Of a DNA stretch of 64,000 nucleotides, positions 37,501 through 55,363 are shown one piece after another. Origin of the DNA: Ramazzottius varieornatus (Eukaryota; Animalia; Tardigrada); the NCBI GenBank assembly GCA_001949185.1, contig BDGG01000002.1, positions 4,702,448 through 4,766,447 of the forward strand. The letters are read 5' to 3'. The notes under the pieces were generated by a model. The model saw only the letters and a program-made list of their open reading frames with translations. It did not search any database and had not been told where the DNA came from. The first letter of the stretch is position 1; every line of letters begins with the position of its first letter. Position numbers and translations under genes: made by a program.

Positions 37501-38801
37501 CGACCAAAGACTTTACGGAAATCATTCGAAGAAACACTACTGTCTTCGCCACTGTCTTCGGATAAAGGGAACGTTTTTCAATGAATGAAATTTCGAAATG
37601 GCAGACAACTAGACATGTGGATAAACTTACCTAAGCGTGCGTGTCGGCATTTAGTTGGACATCTTTCCGTAGTTGACCTCTCAAGTTTTCCATGTATTTG
37701 GACCTAGAACAATCCAAAGGACCATGAAGGATAAGTCTCTGCTAAAGCACACAATGAATGTTTGCGAAGCACTTTGTTGTGTCAGCTTTCGCGGCCCGTG
37801 ACCATTGGGCAGTACGGCCAAAGGTACGCCGTGTTTCCTTGCATCCCGCGGTCCGCCGTCGTCTTGACAGACGTCACAGCGGATTAGATCAGCTTAGATG
37901 TCTGATGTAACGTGATGTTTTCTGTAATGTATCAAATTATAATAATAATGTTGTGACGGATAAAGTTTGCATGTCCGGGTCCGGACCTTTTCATTGTCAG
38001 ATGGATTGTCTTGAAGACATTACGTCAGGACAGTGACAGGACCTAGCTTCCTGTCAAGTCGGTGGCTCGTTGAAGACCTCTCGTGAGATATTGTGCTCTC
38101 AAGATCACATCTCCGGTTGACCTCTCGAGACATCTGCTTGATCCGCTGATTGTATGTACGCCGGAAAGTACTGTATCGTGCGCTGTCAGGTCGTCCGATC
38201 TAAACGAACAAAATGGTGTAAAGAAAAGCAGTCTTCCGGCTCAGGAGGAGTCTACTGCTGAACGAATAACTCATCTGGAGGAATGCCGGATTTCCAGTGA
38301 AGAGTGGAAGAGAGTTTTGGGCGGCCACAGGAGGACAATGAACGCGGGCCATGCGCATGATCATTCGGAAGTGGTTAACTCGTATATTTAACTCCAGAAG
38401 ACATTTTAGAGTGGTGCCTGTACATGACTTAGAACTTCGTAAATCCGGCTTTCTGAAAGTTTTGATCGCGGACTAGTAAAGTGAGTGCTGAAGTGCAAAT
38501 ATCAAATATGTTTCCTTTCTTCCGGTATACGTTGTTCGGTTTAGCGACGGAAGTCAACTGATAAAGGCGTCAAGGCTGCATTCTAACTTACTCTGAGTCT
38601 ACGATCTCCAGGCCCGTGATCTCGAACAGGCCGTCTTATCAGACTGTGCACCGCAAGGCGTGCCAGAAAGTGATCGGGGCATAGAATGGTAAAACATCCT
38701 GTGTTCTGTAAGGTCGAGAGCGAAGACTGGATGCATTACGTCGAACAGTCGCTGATATCATCCGTCTGTTATAGTCGATTATCTATTCCCGTAATTTAAA
38801 C

Positions 38802-39147
38802 CTACGAGGTAAACGACATAATTCGGGCATATCGATTTTCGCACCATAATTCGGGCAACGCGAAAAGTTTGAATATTATCGTTAACGCTTGATTTGTTTC
38901 TCATCGTACGCTTGTTGATACAATATAAGGCTTTTTAACATTGGACGGACCCATGTCTCTCCCAGGCCAAATTCCCGTCATCCACAACGCTTTGTTGTTC
39001 TCAAAACTACTGAAACCTCCAGGAGAGGGATTAGTCTATCTCACGAAACAAGAAGCAGTTCATCATGCGCAGCAGGAGCTGAGTTAAAATATGCCCAAAT
39101 TACGAGTGAAAAACCTTTATGCCCGAATTATGTCGTTTACGTCGCAG
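38802..39147. mobile_element. MITE-like element of about 346 bp upstream of RPB2
   Basis: Perfect 23-bp inverted repeat gtaaacgacataattcgggcata (38809-38831) / tatgcccgaattatgtcgtttac (39118-39140), plus a second subterminal copy inside each end. TSD not identified. Confidence 0.8.
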
Positions 39148-39433
39148 TTTCATCGACTTATCGTCCATCTTTGGATATCGTGATTCTCTCTCCGATTTTC
39201 CAGGACCTAACCTTTACTATCTTCCATCGTCTTCCTTCTAGTTCTGGACGTCTGACATGCTGTGCGTTTCCGTTCAGCTCTCCTGATCACAAACAGTCTG
39301 TCCCAGATTAGCAGCGTGGTGGCAATTCAGCGACGCAAGGTAGGTATCAGCGACGCCGTCTTTTGCTCTTGGTTATCATCTCGACGTCTTCCAGGCTGCT
39401 CTGGTTGTACGTACTAACCTGAAGAGTCCAGTG

Positions 39434-44526
<5,093 letters not shown>

Positions 44527-45275
44527 TCATTGTTAGTTTTCAAGGCGCATCGTCGCATAATCTTTTTTTTACTTCAGAATACTATTAATGTTTCGCATAA
44601 CAGCTGTGATGAGATCGACGTTAGCTCTTGAAATACAGCAGTCCTATTTTTCATCCTCGCGAACCGCGATGAAATGTGTGTACACGTGTTATTCCCTGTC
44701 ACTTCTAAGTTATTTTCAAGCTTTTCTTCCTGATGTTTTGTGGGAAGAATATCTCAGCAAACCTAAATACGGTAAACCGGGTTTCGTCAAGTGGCGAAAA
44801 GGTTTGATGGGGCTTTCGCTGTTTTTACAGGAACAGGTCTGTGCTGCATTGATGAAGCCGAAAGTACCGATAGTTTCGCATGCAATGTTTTAAACTAACA
44901 ATAACAAGAAGTTAATAGAACTCTGTCGCTCGGTGATGTACGGGTATAAAAAAGAGGTACAGGGACGATGAAAACAGTCCGTGAATATTGATCATTGGTA
45001 ATTAATAATGCAACAAACGGAGGTCAACGAAATCCCGGCGCTTGAACCCAACATCAATCAGTCAATCAATCACTTGCCGCAGTTTTCAGAGACAAGTCGT
45101 TACGTCAAGTTGTCCATCTTCGACAAACACCACGATCGTTCGTTAGAAAGCATGATTAGACTGCAATATTAACCAAACTAGTTTTTTCGTTCTTTTTTTC
45201 CTACAAAAAAATGCAATTTGTTCAACACAAGAAAACAAAACAAAAAAACAAAGAAGGAAACATGGTGCGTCGCTA

Positions 45276-48200
45276 TCAAGTTTTTATGTCCTTTGCGCCA
45301 ATGTGAGACAGCTGAGGGGGACGGAATTCTTGCGCAAAAGACTCTAGCGATTCTCGACTAGTCAGTCCAGTGTCAGGCAAGTGCAACGGTGGCGTCTTTT
45401 GAGCCTGACCGTTCAGGTTGTTAACAGACCCGATCCGCTGGATAACCGATGTGCGAGGAGGTGCTCTGGAGGTAGGAGTCGGCGTGGAGTCAGACCGTGT
45501 GAACCGGGGAGGCGACAGGGACACGACAACTGGGATGCTCTGCGGTGTGGTCATGGATGGAGACAGCAATGAAGAGACATTGTCTTCTGCTTTGGTGGGT
45601 GTGGATGGTGGAGACGATATACTGGGTTTGGACTGACTGCTGGCGTCTGAAGAGCTAAGTGCGTTCTGTGAGTTCTGCCTTAGCTGCTTGTATTCCGCTA
45701 AGGAGAACTACGACCAGAGAAACAACATCAGGCCATTCAACGAAAATGCGAAAAAGTAGTGTCTTTTTACAAGATATTTCGACATTCATTGCGATATTCT
45801 GAGATAGTGGAAATAAAATACCTTTTTCGGAGTGACAGCTGCAGTGCTGTTATTCTGCTTCTCCATTACCTGCCGAAAAGTGCAACGTGTAGGACAAGCA
45901 CACAAACCAGTAGCGAAGGGAAAACTCACCTCGTTGGTTGTGTCGTGGTTGGAACTCGAGCGTGGCGACACCACACCATCCGTTAAGGGGCCAGGAGGCA
46001 CCTTCTCCGTCAAGACAGATGAGGTGGACACTTGGTCTGTGTGGGCGAGCACTTGTTGGGCAGGCGGAAGAATCTTCAGGAGAGTTTCAAGGAGGTTGAC
46101 CGTAGATGTCGATGGCTGGTTCTGCCAGCTGTAGCTTAGGGGCATGGCTGGCCGCTCTTCGGTAACCTCTTGTGTCTTGTCGAGGACCTGATTCCTGTAA
46201 GCACCTTCTTGTATCATAGCGCGAACCGTCTTCGATCTGCTCATAGCCGCGGAAATAGGTGTGGTGTTGCGGTGGTCGGAGCAAGCAGTCGAGCGAGCTT
46301 CCTTGTCTGAACGCCTCAGACCGTCCATCGGGAATGACGCCCAACATAATTGTCGCTCTTCTGGAGCCGTGGACAGAAAAGCTTGTTCCTTCCCCGCCAC
46401 TTCTACTACGGCTTCTAGAAAAAGAAAGACCCCATGTAACAATCTTTGCTTCAACAACTGTAGTAGGAGTACAAAAGAACAATAAAACCAATGTGTATAC
46501 TTTACTCGCACGCACTTGCATACACAGTCAACAGTGTCACATTAGTTTTGTTAGTATGTAGGTGCGTGAGGAGCTATATACCAGCTGCAAAGTAATTCGA
46601 CGAAGTTCAGACGAAGGTTAGAATACTTACCAGTGGGTGACTGCTGTAAGTATCTTGCACAGAAGGCTTTCTTGACTCCATACAGATGATAAAGGCGCGT
46701 TCTTTCTTCGGCCACCTTCGTCTTCTCGAGCTCCTGACTGGTTGTGAAAGCTCGCTTTCGTCTGCGTGCCTTCTCCGAGTCCGTCTCCGACAGCATATCG
46801 CCCATGGTACTGTAGTATGAGTCGACGAAACTAATGCTACGGTTGCGCTTCTTGATGGGTGGGGAGACGGGGAAGGCCGAAGGACTTTCCAAGTCATCTT
46901 GCCCGCCACTCTCATCGGCCTCCTTCTCCTTCTTGCGCTTCTTGACACAGTTGAGCTCTATCCGCATCCCCACAGAACCGATTTCCGCTGCTTTGAGCGA
47001 TGCTGCGTTCTTCAGTCGTACGGAATACCTACCAAACGAAACCAAAATCACCACTCCGACCTCGTCTACTCTGATGAAGGGCCTTACAGTACCTCGGTTT
47101 CAGTTTGTCTTTCTTATCTGAGAGGCTGGTTAACGGCTGACTTATTCCATCAGTACTGTTGTTGTTGGTCGTTTCGGAAACGCTAGAGCTCCTTCTGTTT
47201 GCCATATCCTTGCTCTTGAAATTTCTTCGCTTCTTGAGAGGTGGCTCAGGCGGGGTTGTCATGATGGAGCTTTCAGCCACGGCTGCTGTTGTGTCTACGG
47301 TCGAAACTACCGGTATTTCTACTGCAGCAACTTCTTTGCCCACCATTTCGGCCCGAGAAGGTGGCGGGTTAGTGTTCTCTTCATGGCTTTCGAGATCATC
47401 ACCGCGAGCAGAGACGGCGTCTGTCGGAGCAGGAGAGCCTACCGAGGAGCTGGCTTCCATACCTAATCTCTTTCTCTTGCTTCGCTTTTCCCTTCGCTCT
47501 TCTAGCCGCTTGAACATTTCTTCGTACTGGAGGATCTTTCGGTCGTCGCGAGAGAGTTCGTCGTGCGAGATCGAAGCTTGTCGGGATACGCTTCCTTCTC
47601 CTGCTGTTCTGCTGGAGGAAGGGTTGTCCGATCTCTTCTTGTCAGCGGAGGAAGTGAGATCAGTGGGACGGAGGAGGAGGGAAGTTCCATTGTCACTGGG
47701 CTTTCTCCTAACGGTCCTTCGAACCTTCCTCCTCTTCTTTTCTTCCTCTAGAAATCGAATACCTCGTTGCAAAGACTATTACAACTTTGCCGTTTTTCAC
47801 TTCACCAGTGCTGAAGACTTACCGGAGTGTGCGTCTGCTAAGCGAAGTGCCGTATGGTGCTCCCGAGCTTCTTCCGGCCGAAGCGGCCTCGGCGACACCG
47901 GATCACACACCTCACAGAGGTAACAGTCGGGCACGGCAGTAGGGAGGATTCCCATACAGCCAAAGTGCTGCCAGACTTCGCACTTCTCGCACTGAATCTG
48001 CTCACCCACGATATCGGTGTACTGGCAGATGCAGCGAATGATGTAGTCCGATTCATGTTCCTCATTCTACAAAACACGAAGCCATCATCTTGAAACCGAT
48101 ATTCGAATGAAAGCTAATCGGGCCGTACCTGTTGGAGTTTGATGTTCTTCTTGGGAGAAGCAGCTGAAATAGCCTTCCTGGGCCTCCGTTTGACTTTCTG

Positions 48201-48824
48201 TCCGTTCTTGTCCTTTCTAATACTGTATTTTCTCTTCTGCGGCTTTTCGGTCCGACAAAGTGGCGGTGAAAGAGGAGACTTTTCTGAGTCGGCACTGCGA
48301 CGCAGGAGGCTGCTGCTTCGGGACACATCGGGACCACCGGCGTAACGTCGATACGTAACTGTAATACTACCGTCAGTCTGGGGAGAGGACGATCCCGAAG
48401 ATGTCGACAGCCGATGCTGCGGTGACAAGAGATCCTTCTCCGTCGGAACAACGTGATCCGGCGTGTTCGACTTGGAGGAAGGTGACGAGTGAGCATCTAG
48501 AAAAACCAACCACAAACTACAAGCACATATCAAGAAAACATGGGAGCTCGGCAAGCAACAGGATGAGACTGTTTTCCCAAGTGGCGCACATTATCATTGC
48601 TATTGGCTGAAATTGTGCGCCACTTGGAAAAACAATCTTGTACGGTTTGTTCGCCCAGGTCGGGAATATTCCTCTCCAGATTTTCACATACCTAAATTAC
48701 AAATGGGTAGTATGGAGGTGTGTATGGTGAGGTTCTTGTATCTGCTGGGGTGGACGGCGAGTCCGGCTGGGCCATCCGGTAGGTTTTCATCGCCAGCTCT
48801 GACGTTGTCACCAGTATCTGCCAT
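45276..48824 (-). CDS. MLL5/KMT2E-UpSET-SETD5 family PHD-finger protein lacking a SET domain, multi-exon
   Basis: PHD finger IRCICQYTDIVGEQIQCEKCEVWQHFGCMGI..PDCYLCEVC; family motifs SRDDRKILQYEEMFKRLEERREKR and PKK|FSLAEYKQLR. ATG at 48824, stop at 45276. Confidence 0.75.
46508..46569. repeat. Intronic palindrome family 2 copy (30-nt spacer)
   Basis: gcacgcacttgcatac-[30 nt]-gtatgtaggtgcgtga in a PHD-gene intron. Confidence 0.78.
48571..48633. repeat. Intronic palindrome family 1 copy (27-nt spacer), best preserved
   Basis: gttttcccaagtggcgca-[27 nt]-tgcgccacttggaaaaac in the first coding intron of the PHD gene. Confidence 0.85.
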
Positions 48825-50687
48825 GATGAGGCGTCAGACTCAGCACCACGATCCAAGACCGGTTCACCTATCAATGCAAAGAAAGCACCCTGGTCATACA
48901 AGGAAACAAACATGAGCTTCCTCCATTTAGACGTTTCAACCAAAACACAAATGACACTCTCCGTACAACTCTTCTAGCTTGTGGCTGGAAAAACGTGCAA
49001 TAACTAATGCGTCAACTTCATAGAGCCCTGACCAACTGATTCTAAATCCACTGGTGAACCGCTGATGTGCTTTTCGATGAACTGTTGCACCATCCGTAAG
49101 CAGACCTGCCTTGATTAGACAGTACCGTGAAAGATCGGTTAAATGAACAAAACGACCAAGGCAAAACAATGCGGACACTTTCAGATAACAACTAAACCCT
49201 TTGAAATCAGAGACCTTCGATGACAACACTTCCCCAGACTTGAACTGCTATTGCCAAGTTAGTCAAACGATCTTTGATCGAATCACCTAGTTATTAATCT
49301 CCAGACCAGTTTCGAGCCAAAAGAGACTCCATCAGGCACACTGGCTGCACTTCCTCGTTGCATTTTAATTTCTTTCATTTGTGTCTATTTCATATCTGTA
49401 TCTCCAGACAGATAGCGTTCTCGTGCTGTTGCGCTGAGTATTTCCGAGGTTGACGCGGACTCGGTTCTCGCATAACAACCGCGATCCGCGAGTTCTAAGA
49501 GGCACCATCTCATTACTGTGCTTGCGCATTGCCAATGCACTGCCTGCACTGTTCGACTTCTTTCCGGGTCCAACTGGCGCAGTAAGCAACTTATTAAACT
49601 CAGTACACAACACCGTAATTTCTGCCCACTATACAGCAGAAACGCTGAAGTCGTATTTCCAGTATTGATGGCCAGCCTAGAGCTCTTTCGTGACTCACAA
49701 GAGTTTCACCACGGTTTATGATCGATAGTGCTCGTGTGTAACGTGCGTGCAAGTCTCACAAAGGACCTTCCGTCCTCAAGCTTGATAAGCAACTTTCATT
49801 CCGTCGCTACTGCTCGGCTAAACCTTCCTTCCACATACTACGGCAGCTTCGCCGCCACAGCCTATGCGCTTCCCTGCATGTGTCAGCTTCCTTCCAAACT
49901 ATCGATTTGCAAAATGCTTTCCCTCGACTACTGCCTTCCGACTGCAAGTAGCCTTGGAACTGAAAGAGGCCGTGCACAGCCTGCATCCTAGCCTTTTCCG
50001 TCTGCCCGGACCGAGCTCAGCAGCTTTGACGAGGGCTCTTCCAGCCCTCCCTGATGCAGATCCTGATTGCCCTTATATCCTTGGAGCTTCCTGGAAACAC
50101 AAAGTATATAATTCTGCCCACTGCAATTTCGCTTCATGGATAGCTTGGATAATTGGATCCCCCAAGAAATATTTCCCTGTCAAGACAAGCTGCATCTCCG
50201 GGGCTATAGCGTAGACGATTGCTCCTTGCTAACTGCCTGTCCTTCACTCCCTTCCGATCATAACGCCTTTCTCAAGGACTTTGTGCCAGTATATAATATA
50301 TTTCTACGTGGAAATACTCGATTTCGACAGAGAGAATAAATCGCAGCTTGTCTGCGCTGTACGTGCATGGCTCAAGTACATTTCACTCAACCTAGTCTGT
50401 CCAGTCCAGTCCAGTCCATATCCAGGTATGACAGGGAGAAGAAGACGCGCAGGTAAACTCCTACCCACACAATCCAATGCAGCATTCTGCAGCTAAGCAG
50501 ATTTCTCCAAGGTAAAGACGGTCAAGCCCAATGCATGCTAGCTGCCAGTGCCTGATATCCCACCACAACCAGCCACAGATGACTAGCGATGCGTAGCCCA
50601 AGTCGTGAAGGTGGAAAGCTCGATTTCACGTCTGCGCATATACTTTATATACTCACTGCCTCCGAAATACTCAAGGAAAAAAAGAAA

Positions 50688-50708
50688 GACGACGACGACG
50701 ACGACGAC
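50688..50708 (+). repeat. (GAC)7 microsatellite
   Basis: Seven perfect GAC units. Confidence 0.9.
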
Positions 50709-52544
50709 GGGCACAGATGCGGTTATTCCAGCTCAGGAATATCCTGTCAGCCAGCTTTTTCTGAGTTTCACAGCTTTGAGTCCTTCATGATCGGCCTTCG
50801 TTGCTGCGCCTCACTAAGACGGACTTCTTCCACGTCTGCAGACCATGCAAAAAAAATTACCATTTAAACAGTTCGTCATATTTTTCACGGAAGAATATCC
50901 ATATCTCCTGCTAGCTCCATATCGACTAACGAACCCGAATCCATATATAGCTAGGGAGACCTACGACGATAAGAAGCAGACACGATAATATGGATACTCT
51001 TGTCAAGACATTCGAATTCGACCACCTCGATGCGTTGGCTGACTTGGCCCTTATCTAACTCGAGCTTGGTTATCCTTTATTCTCGAAGGTACCTGCCTGT
51101 AAGCCTGTAACATGGAAAGCGTAAGCGACAAGAGATCAGTAACAAAGTCGGCCATATGGTCCTCGTCCGCAACCACCACGGGAAATGCTTTCGTAACCTC
51201 CTTTCGCCAACAGGAAGATTCGGTCCTGCGATCTCTTTTCCTTGGAGATCGCCTAATTTCCTTTCACTCTTGCCTTTTGGTTTAGGAAAGATTTCGGAAG
51301 GATCAATACAGAGATTCAGAATAATCCTTAACGAAGCATTGCCACGCAGATTGTAAATAACAAAGCTATTTTCTCGCGCTGGCTATTTTGGATACTGGCA
51401 CAAACACTCACGGTGCTGATTCACAGCTTTAAGGATCGCTACAGCATACAGTACAATGATGGATAAGATTAGTGATTCCTTCATCAGGGAAGGAACCAAT
51501 TACTGACATTAGTAATTCGAGATACACACATATAACTCACGTAGGTTCCTTCTGAGTTCCTTCGACAAGACAATTTTTTCGGCAAGGTCTTAGCCTGCTC
51601 GATCGACTTACCATCTCTTGAAGTCCGGTAGGATTATGAAAAGACGAGGAGGTGTAATCCAGTTAGGACTTAGGTCCAAGTGATGTCGCTTTCTACAGTT
51701 CCTACATCCTTCCAGCTAATTAACGGGGACCGTGACTCTCTGGCGTAGTTTTGAAGTAGTTCCACGAACAATCGTATAGCCAGGCCTACTAGGTGCACTT
51801 ATCGCGGTGCGCAAATCTCAAGGATGAAGTCCAAATCATATCAGGAATGATTCTTGGTAAACGTTGTACCTCGCGCAGTGGACGACTATAGCTGGAGTGG
51901 AGAAATGTGAAAGAGGCATTTCGATTATCTTGGCTCGTCTGCGCATGCGAGCTATTTGAAACTGGTAGACACGAAAGTGCGTACAGAGACCAGAGTGGAA
52001 CCGACACGTAAACGGAGCTATGGGGTGCAACCAGCTTAACTACTCGGCGCATTTTATCCTGGTAAAGTACGTACGTCGTGTTGAACTACGTACTGTTAAA
52101 CTTAAACGTCAGCTATACTTCGGCACAGCCTTGAGGCGGAGAACAGCCAGCTGCCCTGGTGGCTGTTTCCATCTCAAGGCTGTGCCGAAGTACGCCTGCA
52201 CCCTGCTGTCTTATTTTCCGGAACGCCAATGCGACATTCCCAGTCACCGCAGTTTCTCCGATCTTACCATCTTGAGGATCGTTTCTGCCGAATTCTGGAC
52301 TTGCGCCTTCTTTGTCGACAAGGCTCCGTTGTTTGGTCAACTACCGTTTATCACGTGCTTCTCTTCTCGCGTAAAATTGTGTTCATTCGAAGACACTGGA
52401 TTCCTACTTCCGGTTGGACTGGTAGAGGGGTTGTTCTCGTGGAGTCTACTCCAGTCTCGCAGGTAGTCTACCAAGAAAGCCTTGAATTCGCCGTTATTGA
52501 TTGTGTAGTTTTTACAGATTCGGTAATAGATCCACCGATCCACG

Positions 52545-53263
52545 ATGGCAGCGCGCGGTACTGGAGATCCCAACGGAACAAAGCTTCCTCCGTTTCGCAA
52601 CATGCAGGACTTCTGTTTGGATTCCGCTCGCTTCCAGGTTCCACCCTTTAATGACCAAGAACGCTGGGCGAACCGCGTCGTCAATAACTTGCTGTACTAT
52701 CAGACCAACTACTTCACTATTCTTCTGGCAGCTGTTTTACTCATCGGGTAAGTCGGAACTTTTGTCAATGTTCGGGAATGAAATTGTCGATGGTATGTTG
52801 TGACAGGATCATGAGCGCGTCGAACTTCCTATATGGCTTCATCGGAACACTCTGCCTCATGATGGCTATCGTGATGGGAACGTCAAAGCATCACGCTATG
52901 CGGGAACTACGTCGGAGTAAGATGTGGGCTTTCGTTCTAGCCGAAGCATTCTTGGCGTACTCGATGTACTCGCTGCTGCGCCCCATGGCCATCTTCGCCT
53001 TTCCTTTCGCCATTTCCGTTGCCTGTAAGACTTACAAGTTTGTAATCTATTGACTCTATGAAGGAAGTTTTCTGTGACGCATATCGATTCTCCTAGGTAT
53101 TTTTGTTCACGCCTCGCTTCGCACAAGGAACTTGAAGAATCGCGTCGTCAACAAGATGGAGCAGCTGGGAGTCAAGCGAAGCCCGATGGGGATCCTGATG
53201 GGGATGACAGGATATGAGGTCCAACTACGAGCTGAAGACCTGTTGGACGAATTGAAGAAGTGA
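52545..53263 (+). CDS. ARL6IP5: PRA1 family protein (PRAF3/ARL6IP5/JWA-like), 3 exons
   Basis: [33 protein letters not shown] and [21 protein letters not shown]. Stop TGA 53261-53263. Confidence 0.9.
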
Positions 53264-55363
53264 CTTTGCAAGCACCTGTCCCTGTGATCGTCTTTGCAGC
53301 AAAAGCTTCCACATAGCTCTTATTGTGATGTCATTTGGTCCGTATTATTCGTCAACAGTTACTTATCCTTGTTCCTTTGTGCATTATGAACTTTCGTCGT
53401 ATTTACTATTTACTAACTGTTTTGTCGCAGGTGGTTTTTTGTTGTACTTGCCCCATGCTGAATGTCAACAGGGAAAAAAATGACTTGAATACGTGTCGGA
53501 ATAAAGAAATATCCGGTAACAAGCTTCCAGCCGTTAATCGAGTCCTAAGACGCTGCGGAAGAACATGCCCTTCCGACAAGGTACTCCGTACTCCTGTGAT
53601 GTGAACAAATCTGACTAGAGTTTATACTTTTGAGCACACTAGATCGGAATAGATCCGCATGCAGCGACATCTTCTGGCGGCTAGATCTTTTAACCGAAAT
53701 TGACTACGATACGTGCGGAGAGGCAACTCCATATTATGGACCAATGAACCGTATAACAAAGTCCATGCTAGCCAGTGCGGCTCGGTGCGGCTAGAGATTC
53801 CCGTGAGTACCATTCAGTTTACGCATACCGTATTTAGTATCGCAGTAGAATATTGTGCGGTTTTGACTAGTGTTTCGTTTTATCCTATGAAATTCGGGTT
53901 TGAAGGTCTGATCCCGAGCGGAGGACCGTCGTCAAAACTCTCCGTCTAGTTTTGATTCCGTAGCATGTCGATCATTGATCCTTCCACGCAGGACCACATG
54001 GTGACCGAGGCCGGCTGAGAAATCAGTAAGAGTATGTGCTTGCCGCTTGTTTGAGTAATGACTCCAATTGATTACTTTACAACAGTCAAGTGTGTTTTGT
54101 GTTCCCTTGTGAGTTTGTATTTGATCAGTCGGAACGTTTCAGTAATTCCTTCCAAAATTTGCACTAAATCCCAAGCCTGAACGTCAGCAAAGACTGTCCT
54201 AAGTTAAGAGCTGGATGGGGCTTGATGTCGCTCACTTCGATAAATCGTAACGAGAACTCAAGATGAGAAGACCGAAGATACCTTCTTCCTCGCTTCTTTC
54301 AAATTAGCTAAAAAGTTTTCGAACTCAAAGAAACACTCTTGCTCACGTCGCAAGGCAGAATGAAGTGTTTTTCACTTCGTAGACCTTCTTCAAAACCGAT
54401 ACGAGAACCGTATCAGCAGAGTATCAAACAATTTGGGGGACAGCTTCAAAGGGATGGCACCACTTTATCGATTATCCATAATCCAATGGCGCCGATTTGC
54501 TTTACCGATATTTGTCTCAATTGGATCAGGACCCACTTGAAATTGTCTTGGGAGATGCTCGATTTCCTTGGCGTAGCGGGCTTATATAGCACACGCCGAT
54601 ATAGCTTCCGGTCTGGATAGTTAGTTGGGCGTGGTCGCTCGAAAACTCGGTGCGCGATATTTGCCGTGATTTGGACCGTGGGAACGTTTTTTAGACTTGT
54701 ATTTAATCCTTATCAGTCAAGATGGTTGTAGGGGGGCTGCAGTTGGTTTTGCCATTGAAGTAATTGGTCCTGCAAGGCGATAAATAGCTAAATGTGGTGA
54801 TTTCAACAAGCTGATAGGAATGGTGCTGAACTATTGGACTTGGCTGCTTTGCAGTGTGGAGCGACTTAACGATTCGCGAAAGTTAGAAGAGGAAGGAGAA
54901 ACTGAAAGCCAGTCAAGCAAAGCGATCTGATCGCCTTGTGGATCTCCTTTCTTGAAATCGCTGATACATGTTCCCCCTCCCTAATCTCTCTCTCAACTAG
55001 CCCTTGTAGTCAAGTTGGCCATTATCAGGACGGGCCAAAGACGATCATCAAACGACTCAGATATCGAATTCACATTGATGATCTTTGTGGAACAGAAGAT
55101 GCTGCCGTTTCTGTAACCTGTGCTTGACCGTTCTGATCTCTATTTTCAGACCAGGAATTCCTCAAACATTATCCACACCCACTGCAAAGGAATTTCCCGT
55201 GTCTTCTGGATTTTGCCATCTCGTTTGATGCAATCCAGATCAGCTTGATTCGCCTCTTCTGAGAAGAATGTTGTTAAGAAAATATGCGCTGTGAATACTC
55301 ATCTGTTATCCTATTGCGTTGTACAGGCGGCTGAAGGCCGTCAGTGTTCTTTTTCGCGGCACG

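Noticed and set aside
47159-47923. 254-aa plus-strand ORF
   Set aside because: Antisense shadow of the PHD gene's low-complexity exon.
49730-50420. C-rich broken ORFs ending near a (CCAGT)n run, suggestive of a LINE 3' end
   Set aside because: No convincing RT or zinc-knuckle motif could be reconstructed by eye.
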